Below are positions 42,793 to 51,700 of a stretch of DNA of 64,000 nucleotides, piece after piece. Below the pieces are notes generated by a model. That model ran no database searches, was not told the DNA's origin, and worked only from the letters and a program-made list of their open reading frames with translations. This DNA is from a virus (taxonomy: Duplodnaviria > Caudoviricetes), in IMG/VR virus record IMGVR_UViG_3300029288_000168, positions 5,394 to 69,393 of that record; one strand, given 5' to 3'. A program made the position numbers and the translations under genes. Position 1 is the stretch's first letter. Every line of letters starts with the position of its first letter.

Positions 42793-43185
42793 ATGTATGA
42801 TATAGTTTATGAACTACCAAAAGATGTAGAGCTGTCCCGATATCAGAGGGAGAAGGCTGTAAACGGGGCTTACTTTCGTGTTATGCTTGGAGGTGTTAAC
42901 TATTACATACCAATTACCAAACAACTAAAAGAGATATTTGATTTGCACATAAAGAACGGAAAATTTGTGCATAAGAAGTATGACTGCATAAAGGTGGATG
43001 AGGCAATAAGGGCTATAATTGACAGTGTTTATTTGCAAGTTCGTGATGTTGTGTGTGCCGGCATTGAAGACAGTTTGGACGATAAGTTGCGTACTGGGTT
43101 TTCCCAATTGTTCGAGAGGTATTTGCATGAGGAAGTTAGTGCGAAGGTTAAGTTGGCGTTGCCGTACAAACCTAAAGATACTTGA
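42793..43185 (+). CDS. Hypothetical protein
   Basis: 130-aa ORF. Confidence 0.6.
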   Translation: MYDIVYELPKDVELSRYQREKAVNGAYFRVMLGGVNYYIPITKQLKEIFDLHIKNGKFVHKKYDCIKVDEAIRAIIDSVYLQVRDVVCAGIEDSLDDKLRTGFSQLFERYLHEEVSAKVKLALPYKPKDT

Positions 43186-43211
43186 CAAACCTATGCCTTA
43201 TATGGTATAAT
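43182..43211 (+). promoter_or_regulatory. sigma70-type promoter
   Basis: TTGACA-18-TATAAT. Confidence 0.8.
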
Positions 43212-43236
43212 GGTAGTACAATAAGGAGGTGTTGAG

Positions 43237-43653
43237 ATGGCAAAAGGTAAATCGAGATCGGCGAGGGCTGGATGGGCGGCAGACGGTATTCGTACTATAG
43301 CATCTGAATTGCAGGATTTAATCGATGATTGCGGTGGCGATCTGGATAGCTTAAGTAAGACTAAAAAGGCGACAGTTGTCAAAGAAGCCAATAAGATACT
43401 TAGCAATGTTGATTTCAGCGAAGTTGAGTCGCTTACAGAAGAGATGACATCGTGGCGTGACAATATGAGCGGCGCCAATATGGAGCATCTTCCTAAGTAC
43501 GATGAGGTAAGCGAGGCGTGTGACGAGTTGGAGAACATAGACACTGGTGTGGATACAGAAGTTGCCGATGTTGGCGATATTGGAGATGCAATAAGCCAGC
43601 TTGAAGATATAGCAGACGCGCTTGAGGGTGTTTGTTTTCCGGGGATGTATTAA
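43237..43653 (+). CDS. Acidic helical hypothetical protein
   Basis: AAGGAGG SD. Confidence 0.7.
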   Translation: MAKGKSRSARAGWAADGIRTIASELQDLIDDCGGDLDSLSKTKKATVVKEANKILSNVDFSEVESLTEEMTSWRDNMSGANMEHLPKYDEVSEACDELENIDTGVDTEVADVGDIGDAISQLEDIADALEGVCFPGMY

Positions 43654-43671
43654 TAGGGGGAGGGTGTCGAG

Positions 43672-43938
43672 ATGTTGGGAAAAGGTGTAAGAATATTAGA
43701 GGTTGGATCTCCTAGTAACAGTGGTTCTTGTTGGTCAACCCGTGATCTTGTTGTGCAACACCCGGATGGAACTACTGGAAAAGTACTTATGAGAGAAGAC
43801 GAGTACGAGGTGGAGGTGCTGGCACAAAGGATTCTCAGTTGCGGTGTACCATACGATCTTTTGTCGGAGTTTAAAGATAAGGTATGGTCGGTTGCACAGT
43901 TTGAGGAATCCCTTAATAACGCAGGTGAAGACCTTTAA
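43672..43938 (+). CDS. Hypothetical protein
   Basis: GGAGG SD. Confidence 0.6.
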   Translation: MLGKGVRILEVGSPSNSGSCWSTRDLVVQHPDGTTGKVLMREDEYEVEVLAQRILSCGVPYDLLSEFKDKVWSVAQFEESLNNAGEDL

Positions 43939-43951
43939 TAAAGGAGTTTAA

Positions 43952-44137
43952 ATGGTAAAGAAGGATCAGTTTAAGGGTAAGCCGGTAATTAGCTTAATGA
44001 AGGATGAGGAGGATACATACCCGTTTACGTTTGGGGTTGCCAAAGCCAAACTTATCCTTGAGAATATATCAGAAATACGTAACTTTGTGGCTGAAAACGA
44101 TGCTAGTATTAAACCTGAGGATAGTGTTAAAGGATAG
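43952..44137 (+). CDS. Small conserved protein (FKGKPVI..YPFTFGVAKAKLI), possibly PC4-like
   Basis: AAGGAG SD; fold guess only. Confidence 0.55.
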   Translation: MVKKDQFKGKPVISLMKDEEDTYPFTFGVAKAKLILENISEIRNFVAENDASIKPEDSVKG

Positions 44138-44139
44138 TC

Positions 44140-45021
44140 ATGAGCCACTTTTCTGTACTAGTAGTTGGTTCAAACCCAGAGGAACAGTTAGCCCCGTTTA
44201 ACGAGGACTTAAAGGTAGATCCATATATGGAGAATTGCTACTGTATAGGTCGGAGGGCTTTAGAAGAGGTTGAAAAAAGGGTGGCATCAGAATGTTTGGT
44301 TGGGGATGAGAGTGTAAAGACGATACTGACGAACGCAGAAGATGGTATTTTTCAACCCGTATCTGAGGTGGAGGTAGTTCGTCGCAAGGCTGTGTTTGAT
44401 GTATATATAGAAAAGCGCCGTCAGCTTGTGGACAGGTATCTTCAAGACCATCCACTTAAAGATAAGCCAGACTTAAAGTGTAAAGAGTGTAGTGGTTCAG
44501 GGAAAAGGGAAACTACTTATAACCCAAACTCTAAATGGGATTATTATGTTTTGGGTGGCAGGTGGTGCGGTTTCTTTAAACTGAAGTCTGGAGCGTGCTG
44601 TCCTAAAATTGTATACAGGGGCATCTTTAAGTACGATCCTGAATTTGATACTGATGTTGCTTGTAAGGGGGATATTGATTTTGATGGTATGAGAGTAGCT
44701 CGGATTGAGAAAGCTACAAAGATGTGGGATCTTTTAGCTCCGCAGTTGGATAGTAAAGTTCTGTTAGAACGTCAAGAAGCATTTGCTCAATTGTTTGGGG
44801 CTGGCAATGTACTAACAAAAGACCAATATATTAAGGAGTCGGCACCTATTGCAACGTTTGCTGTATTGATGGATGAGGTATGGTATGAAAGAGGATCTAT
44901 GAAGTGGTTTGGCACTGTCAGCAATGATAAAGGCATTGGTGTTTGGGAAGATTGGTTTTGTAAAACCATCAATGCTTTGCCAGATAATACTTTGCTTAGC
45001 GTTTATGATTGTCATATTTAA
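44140..45021 (+). CDS. Hypothetical phage protein with a DnaJ-type CxxCxGxG finger
   Basis: MSHFSVLVV; CKECSGSG; NPNSKWDYYVLGGRW; YDCHI. Confidence 0.7.
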   Translation: MSHFSVLVVGSNPEEQLAPFNEDLKVDPYMENCYCIGRRALEEVEKRVASECLVGDESVKTILTNAEDGIFQPVSEVEVVRRKAVFDVYIEKRRQLVDRYLQDHPLKDKPDLKCKECSGSGKRETTYNPNSKWDYYVLGGRWCGFFKLKSGACCPKIVYRGIFKYDPEFDTDVACKGDIDFDGMRVARIEKATKMWDLLAPQLDSKVLLERQEAFAQLFGAGNVLTKDQYIKESAPIATFAVLMDEVWYERGSMKWFGTVSNDKGIGVWEDWFCKTINALPDNTLLSVYDCHI

Positions 45022-45027
45022 ATATAC

Positions 45028-45057
45028 TTGACAAACCTGTGTTTCATGTGGTATAAT
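45028..45057 (+). promoter_or_regulatory. sigma70-type promoter of ncRNA candidate C
   Basis: TTGACA-18-TATAAT. Confidence 0.8.
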
Positions 45058-45078
45058 GGATGTTGGTGGTAAAAATAT

Positions 45079-45090
45079 TGATCTTTGAGA
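45079..45090 (+). promoter_or_regulatory. boxA-like element
   Basis: TGATCTTTGAGA. Confidence 0.6.
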
Positions 45091-45511
45091 TTAACTTGGG
45101 GCAACCCTTAGAGCCGAAGCAATGCCTTTGTTAGGATTGGGTTAGCAGTTAGGATAGAAGGTAGCCAGGAAACTGGAGCTGGACTTAACTGTGGTGACCA
45201 AGTTAAAAGTGGGTGTTGGCGTAATGAATACGCTGCAAACTTTATAAGTGAAGACCGGATGCGGGGCCACTGAACGTAGCTAATTTCATTGCAATGAAAT
45301 TACATGCTGGCTACAGCCGGACGCGGTCGCGGGCCATATGTTCAGTCGCAGTGAGGTGACGATACCTTATAAGGTTGAAGAAATTGATGGGATGTAGCTA
45401 CTCCCTGGGCGCCTTTTATGAAGAATTAGGACGCGGGATACCTAACCCGTAGGTTAATAAAGTTCCGAAAGCTAAAGCTGGTAAAAATCCAGCCACCCAC
45501 TTTATAAGTTT
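45091..45511 (+). ncRNA. Large structured ncRNA candidate C (about 420 nt)
   Basis: AAAGTGGGTG/CACCCACTTT (10 bp), ACTGAAC/GTTCAGT crossed by GACCG/CGGTC, CCAG-GAAA-CTGG, 22-nt palindrome; own promoter and boxA; no ORF. Confidence 0.72.
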
Positions 45512-45553
45512 ACAAACGGTTAAGGCACAACACTCTAAAAAGGAGATGGGTAC

Positions 45554-45757
45554 ATGGGGAAGGGTTTGAATGAGATGACGCGAGACTTGTACGGAATGGA
45601 TTATGATAAGTTAACAATGTTTCAGCAGGCAAGGGTAAGGTCAAAGGTTGGTAGTGTTGTGGTTTCCTTATGCAAGTCTTGCAAGAGTGTTGAGTATTGT
45701 CCAAGAACCCCGAAGGATAAAACAATAGAGTGCGAGTTATATAGCAATAATACTTGA
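45554..45757 (+). CDS. Small Cys-containing hypothetical protein
   Basis: AAGGAG SD. Confidence 0.55.
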   Translation: MGKGLNEMTRDLYGMDYDKLTMFQQARVRSKVGSVVVSLCKSCKSVEYCPRTPKDKTIECELYSNNT

Positions 45758-45783
45758 CAAACCTGTGTTGCATGTGGTATAAT
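45754..45783 (+). promoter_or_regulatory. sigma70-type promoter
   Basis: One mismatch to the 45028 promoter. Confidence 0.8.
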
Positions 45784-45808
45784 ATTTTTATACAAAGGAG
45801 ATGGCGAG

Positions 45809-46516
45809 ATGGCAGAGTGCATTAAAGTAAAGTGTGTTGTTTGTCACAGGGATGTTCTAGTTTATACGAATGATAAGAAGTTGCACCAGTCCAAAATAGT
45901 TACGGAGAACAAGGTATGTAAGTTGTGCGAACCTAACGTGTCTAGGATTAGGGTTGTACTTAAGTGCTCTAAGTGCCAGCACGATTTTCAGACTAAGGTT
46001 CTGACAGAAAATAAAGATAAGTACGGCGCAGATTGGGTTTGCCCGATGTGTGTCAGCAACGACCTGCCTCAAGTAAAATCCAAAGAAGAAAAAAAGAAGT
46101 GTGTAGAGCTCAACTGCGACGGATGTCGTGTAGGGCGCGGTGTGTGTGTGCATCCAGAGCTTAACTGCACACTTTCCAAGAGCTTTGCGCGGTTTGGTAC
46201 TGGGGACTTGTATTCCGTAAAGAAAGCGTGTACGGTACTTTCTGTGCACAACGTGATTGCTAAGAGGAAAGACGTGCACTGCTTTGAATATACTCCGCTG
46301 TACAAGGAGAACTATAGCATTTCTGCAGATAACTATATAGTTATAAAGCAACGTATGGGGTCTAAGAAGAACTTTGTAACTAACATAATCGTGTACCAGT
46401 ATGACAAGGCGCACCACCAGTTTAAGGTGGCTTTGGATGTTAAGTATAACCGAGGGGAGGATTGGATAGTCCCTACTCGTAATTTTATGCTAAAGAAAGG
46501 GGAGAACGTTGGCTAA
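45809..46516 (+). CDS. Multi-zinc-finger hypothetical protein
   Basis: Several CxxC pairs; AAGGAG SD. Confidence 0.65.
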   Translation: MAECIKVKCVVCHRDVLVYTNDKKLHQSKIVTENKVCKLCEPNVSRIRVVLKCSKCQHDFQTKVLTENKDKYGADWVCPMCVSNDLPQVKSKEEKKKCVELNCDGCRVGRGVCVHPELNCTLSKSFARFGTGDLYSVKKACTVLSVHNVIAKRKDVHCFEYTPLYKENYSISADNYIVIKQRMGSKKNFVTNIIVYQYDKAHHQFKVALDVKYNRGEDWIVPTRNFMLKKGENVG

Positions 46517-46676
46517 ACAGGACAAGTTTTATATTGGGTTTGATACTAGGTTGAGAGGGGAAGTTTTTTCATCAGATGATCCGTCCCAAGCAACTCCAGA
46601 GGCAACTGGATACTTTGCTGTGTCGATGGCGTTTGATACTGAAGAGGAAGCAGCAAACAACTTAAACAGTAGGTAA
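46509..46676 (+). CDS. Small hypothetical protein (55 aa)
   Basis: GGAG SD, TTG start; found by hand. Confidence 0.4.
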   Translation: MAKQDKFYIGFDTRLRGEVFSSDDPSQATPEATGYFAVSMAFDTEEEAANNLNSR

Positions 46677-46783
46677 ACTTTGGTAAACAGGGGGGGGGCA
46701 ATGTTTCTTGATAGGGTTATGACTGAAGTTTATCATAACACATTGTAAGGCAATTGAGTTGCAAACAAAGGGAGGTAAAAGAG

Positions 46784-47143
46784 GTGGACAATAAACCTAA
46801 CCAATACTCGCATTTTTATTTGTATGCAAAAGATTGGTATAAAAGAGGAAATATGTTTGAGGACTTAAAAATCCTCTTAGGTAATTATTCTGGAACAGAC
46901 CCGAAGCATTTGAGTATTGATGATGTAATAACCTTCCTGTCTGGGATTGTATCGGAAGAGATGACTCCACAAAGGTTTGAGAACTTTATTAGGGATATGA
47001 TTAGCGATGTAAGGTGGAGCCCAGAAAAGACAGCCGATATAATATTGACGGAGAATTTCCTCCGTGTGCTTAATATGACAGTTGTAAAAGGGCGTATGGT
47101 GTTAGCTAAGCCTGACGGGAGTATATTGCCTTTAAAAACATAG
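46784..47143 (+). CDS. Hypothetical protein
   Basis: GGAGG SD, GTG start. Confidence 0.6.
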   Translation: MDNKPNQYSHFYLYAKDWYKRGNMFEDLKILLGNYSGTDPKHLSIDDVITFLSGIVSEEMTPQRFENFIRDMISDVRWSPEKTADIILTENFLRVLNMTVVKGRMVLAKPDGSILPLKT

Positions 47144-47169
47144 CAGTAAGCTATAACCTATTAAAGGTA

Positions 47170-47199
47170 TTGACTTTGTGCGGTGCAGTGTGGTATAAT
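47170..47199 (+). promoter_or_regulatory. sigma70-type promoter
   Basis: TTGACT-18-TATAAT. Confidence 0.7.
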
Positions 47200-47250
47200 G
47201 GTGACGTGAACAGGCAAGGTGTGTATAAATAACAACAAGGAGATGGGTAG

Positions 47251-47994
47251 ATGAAGGTACAAAGGAAAGAGAAGGTTGACTTAGTCTGGGTTGATCCTAA
47301 GAGTTTACAGCTTTTACAAGGTAATCGATATGTTAATCCAGATCACGTTGCTGTATTGAAAGCGTCTATGTCTAAAGAAAACCTTTTGCATCTTAATCCT
47401 ATTAAAGTTGATTCTCATATGCAAATAATAGACGGTCAGCACCGCGTGGAAGCTGCTGTCGATCTTGGATTCAAGGAGGTGCCGTGTTTTGTTGTAAATG
47501 CCGGACTAGAGGAGGCGCAGAAGCTTAATCAGTTTAATAGGAATTGGACTGTGTATGACTTTGCAAGGTCTTACGAGTCCCTCGGAAATGAAAACTATAG
47601 GCAATTTCGTATTTTCCATGAGGCAACTGGGTTTGATGCGACTGCGTGTATGTATATGTTGTCAGGTTCGCGATCAAAGCATAGCAACTGTAGCCATGCC
47701 AACTTCAAAGCAGGGTTGTTTAAGGTTAAAGATGCCGAGGCAGCTGAGGAAATTTCGTATTTGATTGACGATTTCAAGCCATACCTGCCAGATCATTACA
47801 AGAGTCGGTCGTTTGTACTGGCGTTTTTACAGGTATATGATACTGCTGGATACAACCACGAGAATATGATGCACAAGTTAGAGCTTGTACCTATACGCAG
47901 GTGTCCAAATTGCAGATATTATGTTGAGGAACTAGAGCGTATATACAATTATAAGGTGTCACAGGAGAAGAAACTAAGGTTTAGACAAACCTAA
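47251..47994 (+). CDS. ParB/Srx-like N-terminal domain protein
   Basis: NPIKVD..IIDGQHRVEAA. Confidence 0.78.
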   Translation: MKVQRKEKVDLVWVDPKSLQLLQGNRYVNPDHVAVLKASMSKENLLHLNPIKVDSHMQIIDGQHRVEAAVDLGFKEVPCFVVNAGLEEAQKLNQFNRNWTVYDFARSYESLGNENYRQFRIFHEATGFDATACMYMLSGSRSKHSNCSHANFKAGLFKVKDAEAAEEISYLIDDFKPYLPDHYKSRSFVLAFLQVYDTAGYNHENMMHKLELVPIRRCPNCRYYVEELERIYNYKVSQEKKLRFRQT

Positions 47995-48011
47995 CAAGAG
48001 GAGGCAAAGTA

Positions 48012-49037
48012 ATGGCAGAAGTAGAGAAGAAATATGTAGTTATGATGGGTGCTGAGGTTATGTTCGGTCCAGAGGCGGATTATGCAAAGGTTAAGGCGTT
48101 TGCGGATAGCTTGTCACCTGCGATTAAGAGCAAGTGCACTGTAAAGACGACTACGTCTTCCAAGCCAAGTGCAACTGCAGCACCTGCAACAGCGACACCG
48201 GCTACGGCAAAGGCGCCTGCTAGTGCAGCAAAAGAGGCATCGAAGCCGGTTGCACCTGTTGATGGGGATGCTGTGTTTGGATCCTACTTGGAAGGTGGCG
48301 GTCCGTCAGACCTTTGGAAGCCCAAAGATGGGAAGAATATAATTAGGATTCTTCCTGTCGGTGGAGTGTTGCCGTCTGATTGGTCAACCCCGTATCCATT
48401 CATATTGTCTGGCGTGCACCCGAAGGTAGGGTTGTCGCTGAATGATATGGTGTACTGTGCTAGGCTTACTCACAAGAAGGCGTGTCCTTTGTGCCAGTTT
48501 ATCTGGAACTTGTATTCATCCAAGGACGAGAACGATGTAAAGTTAGCAAAAAGGATGAAGGCGTACAACCGCGTTATTGCTAACATTATAGACCTTTCTG
48601 ATGTAGAAAAGGGCGTTCAGAAGTTTGCTTTTGGTAAGACCTTAGCACGTAAGATCTTCTCATACATGGAAGATCCAGAGTTCAAACCCTTATTGGACGC
48701 TGAACAGGGTCATAACTTTGTAGTTATCAAGAAGACAGTAGATGGATATCCGAACTATGACGATTCCCGTCCAGAGGTTAAGATTACTCCGCTTTCCTCG
48801 ATTTACCCGAAGTGGAAAGATGAGGTGTTTGACCTTAGGAAAGAGATAGCGGAAAAGTCTTACGAAGAGCTTGCAGAAGTCCTTGCAAATACCAAGAAAG
48901 CCATTATGTCCACCGATCCTGGGGATATCCTTGGCGATCATACGTCCAGAAGGAAACCTAGTGGTGCCGTAGATGGTGATGTGGTAGTTGTAGAGGAATC
49001 GGAAGACAGTATACAAAAAAGGCTTAGCGAAATATAA
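48012..49037 (+). CDS. ssDNA-binding protein, T4 gp32-like, with an N-terminal Ala/Pro linker extension
   Basis: IRILP, CPLC, FAFGK, GHNFVVIKK..GYPNYDDS, acidic tail. Confidence 0.82.
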   Translation: MAEVEKKYVVMMGAEVMFGPEADYAKVKAFADSLSPAIKSKCTVKTTTSSKPSATAAPATATPATAKAPASAAKEASKPVAPVDGDAVFGSYLEGGGPSDLWKPKDGKNIIRILPVGGVLPSDWSTPYPFILSGVHPKVGLSLNDMVYCARLTHKKACPLCQFIWNLYSSKDENDVKLAKRMKAYNRVIANIIDLSDVEKGVQKFAFGKTLARKIFSYMEDPEFKPLLDAEQGHNFVVIKKTVDGYPNYDDSRPEVKITPLSSIYPKWKDEVFDLRKEIAEKSYEELAEVLANTKKAIMSTDPGDILGDHTSRRKPSGAVDGDVVVVEESEDSIQKRLSEI

Positions 49038-49107
49038 AGACTAACAGGTAAGGAAAGTAAAAGGAGGATGGGCAGGTCGCCTAGCGACTGGATACCCCAC
49101 CTGCCAA

Positions 49108-49992
49108 TTGGTCTTTTGTGCAACCATGCAAAACTTACATGTTAAGCCTAACTCTACGAAAACTAAGTTTTATGCCAATTGTCCGAACTGTGAAAATACA
49201 GGGAGAACGGTTGACACGAAGTTTCATCTTTATATAGTTCCCGGAAGGTTTGCCTATTGCTTCCGGTGTGGTTGGAAGATTTCCTACAGAAGGTTGATAG
49301 AACTATATAGAGTAGATGCGTCTGGTCTTAAAGATGACCCCGTAAGGAAGCCTGCCGGAGAATTTGACAAAGACATATCAGAGAACATTATACCATTCGG
49401 GGATTCTGTATATTCTACTGGGGCTATGAACTATTTGTTAAAGAGAAAACTGGATGTAGACCTAATTAGTAAAATGGGGATACATCTAGGTACCAATAGG
49501 TTGTTTGGTAGAGTTGTGTTTCTTGATCAAAAGAATAGGTACTATGTAGCGCGCGCTTTCCTTAAAGGTTTGGATCCGAAAACGTTAAATCCGCCATCTG
49601 GCACCTCTGGTAAACCTCTTATGTACTTTACTAAGCGGGAATATGATACATTGTACTTGGTTGAGGGTTGCTTCGATTCGGTTCCATTCCTGAAGACAAA
49701 TAGGTCTGCAGTGTGTGTGCTTGGCAAGGATGTTTCGGCAGATCAGATGAAACAACTGAAGTCTGTGTTGATTAAAACTATAATTATAGCTTTAGATAGT
49801 GATGCATTTGATGGAGCTAAACGGTTGGCTCAAAGGATTGCTGACGAACTTCCATTGACGAATATTGGTGTGTTAATGTATGATGATAGGGAAGGAAAAG
49901 ATCCGTCAGATTATGACGTTGAATTGTTTACTAAAACTAGTATTTATTGGGTCAGAATAATGAGCCAAAACTGTATGTTGGAGCGTGTATGA
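49108..49992 (+). CDS. DNA primase (Zn finger plus Toprim)
   Basis: CPNC..CFRCG; YLLKR; LVEGCFD; ALDSD. Confidence 0.85.
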   Translation: MVFCATMQNLHVKPNSTKTKFYANCPNCENTGRTVDTKFHLYIVPGRFAYCFRCGWKISYRRLIELYRVDASGLKDDPVRKPAGEFDKDISENIIPFGDSVYSTGAMNYLLKRKLDVDLISKMGIHLGTNRLFGRVVFLDQKNRYYVARAFLKGLDPKTLNPPSGTSGKPLMYFTKREYDTLYLVEGCFDSVPFLKTNRSAVCVLGKDVSADQMKQLKSVLIKTIIIALDSDAFDGAKRLAQRIADELPLTNIGVLMYDDREGKDPSDYDVELFTKTSIYWVRIMSQNCMLERV

Positions 49993-51257
49993 AAGGCAAG
50001 TTAAAGCCATATCAAGAGGCAGCAGTTAAGTTTATATTGGATAGACCCAAGTCTGCCCTTTTAATGCCAACTGGAACTGGGAAAACGATTGTAGCGTTGA
50101 TGTATTTGAAGGTTTTAGACAAGCCAGCCATGATTATATGTGAGGCGTCTAAGAAGCACATATGGATAAATGAAAATAAAAACTTTGAACTTGGATTAAG
50201 TCTTACAACTGACTTGCGACACCCAGGTAAGATATTTATTACATCCTATGACTGGATAAAGAATAATACTGAAGTAATGGAAGATTATGATATTTTTGTT
50301 TTTGATGAAGCGCATTGCATATCTGATCCAGAGACTGCTAGGTATAAAAACATTTCTGAGGTTCTTAAAAACAAAAGTCGTGTGGTGCTCTTGGCGGGTT
50401 ATCCAGTAGAGAATAAGCTTAATGAAATATTTGTATTGTCTTTGGTTACGGACGTGCTTGGTAAAAACTATTATCATTTCTTGTATAAGTTCTTTACAGT
50501 TATAAGGAGGAATGGTAGGATTATTAAGACAGTTGCTAAGCGCGGCTCTTTTGATAACATCATTGCGTTGATTAAAGATGTTGTTTTCATTGTCGATAAG
50601 TCGGAAGCTGTGCCTAGTACGGTAAAGAAAGAAACTGTAGTTGTTAGATACGAGTTGAGTGACTATCAAAAAGGCATAGTAAATGCTATTGCTGAGTTTG
50701 GGGAATACGATGATGGTAAAGTACATGTTATATGTAATGATGGGTTGTCTGTGTTTTCTAAAATGATGCAGATTATTTCTGGGTTTGTATACGTAGAAGA
50801 CCCAACAGCAACTAGTACTACATTTGATGAGAGTGCTGATAAAAAGCAAAAAGTGCCAGTGGTGCCAGTGTTCTTTGATTCACCAAACCCTAAATTGGAG
50901 GCGTTGCAGAGGATAGTTGCAGATCGTAGCAACTTTTTGTTGTGGTATTTCTTTGACGCTGAATATGAAATGCTAAAGAAGTTTGGGAGGTGCTCTCGCT
51001 TATGTAAGTTACAAGTAGATTCTCGCGGTTTAAACCTACAAAGCTTTGACTTTGCTATGTACTTTTCAATACCGACATCTGGTGGGATGTATTTTCAGTC
51101 TCAAGATAGGCTACATAGGATGGGCAGGACGAAGGATGTAATATCTGTGGTGTTGGTACCAAACGGGGAGTTCGGGGATAGGTTGTTGCAGATGCTTGAT
51201 CGCAAGCACAAATTGACTAAGAAATTTATAGACAGGTTGCTTCAGGTGAGGGTATAA
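49989..51257 (+). CDS. SF2 (SNF2-like) helicase
   Basis: LKPYQ, MPTGTGKT, DEAH, QSQDRLHRMG. Confidence 0.85.
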   Translation: MKGKLKPYQEAAVKFILDRPKSALLMPTGTGKTIVALMYLKVLDKPAMIICEASKKHIWINENKNFELGLSLTTDLRHPGKIFITSYDWIKNNTEVMEDYDIFVFDEAHCISDPETARYKNISEVLKNKSRVVLLAGYPVENKLNEIFVLSLVTDVLGKNYYHFLYKFFTVIRRNGRIIKTVAKRGSFDNIIALIKDVVFIVDKSEAVPSTVKKETVVVRYELSDYQKGIVNAIAEFGEYDDGKVHVICNDGLSVFSKMMQIISGFVYVEDPTATSTTFDESADKKQKVPVVPVFFDSPNPKLEALQRIVADRSNFLLWYFFDAEYEMLKKFGRCSRLCKLQVDSRGLNLQSFDFAMYFSIPTSGGMYFQSQDRLHRMGRTKDVISVVLVPNGEFGDRLLQMLDRKHKLTKKFIDRLLQVRV

Positions 51258-51700
51258 TGGATATAATAGTATTGAATAGAGGGTTGATACAACAATATTA
51301 TTCTGATACACCGCATATACTTATTTCTATATGTGATCCGTGCGATGTGCATCCGCCGTTGCCGCAGATAAAGGCAAGGGTAGGAACGTTGCAGTTGAAG
51401 TTCCATGATTTTAATGGTACTAAGTGCATAAGCATACGCAAAGATAACTACGTCGACAAATCCGGCAAAATGGTGGCATTTTCCCGCGCACACGCCAAGA
51501 AGATACTTTCCTTTGTAAAGAAACATACTTTGGAGATAGGGTTGATAGTGTGTCAGTGTGATGGTGGTATTAGTAGGAGTGCTGGTGTAGCAGCGGCACT
51601 ATCTAAATGCTTTAACCAAGACGATTCTTTCTTTTTTAAATGTTACTTGCCAAATAGCTTAGTTTATAGTACAATATTAAAGGAGTGGCATGGGGTTTAG
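51257..51700 (+). CDS. Cys-based (PTP/DSP-like) phosphatase
   Basis: CDGGISRS (CX5R). Confidence 0.75.
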   Translation: MDIIVLNRGLIQQYYSDTPHILISICDPCDVHPPLPQIKARVGTLQLKFHDFNGTKCISIRKDNYVDKSGKMVAFSRAHAKKILSFVKKHTLEIGLIVCQCDGGISRSAGVAAALSKCFNQDDSFFFKCYLPNSLVYSTILKEWHGV

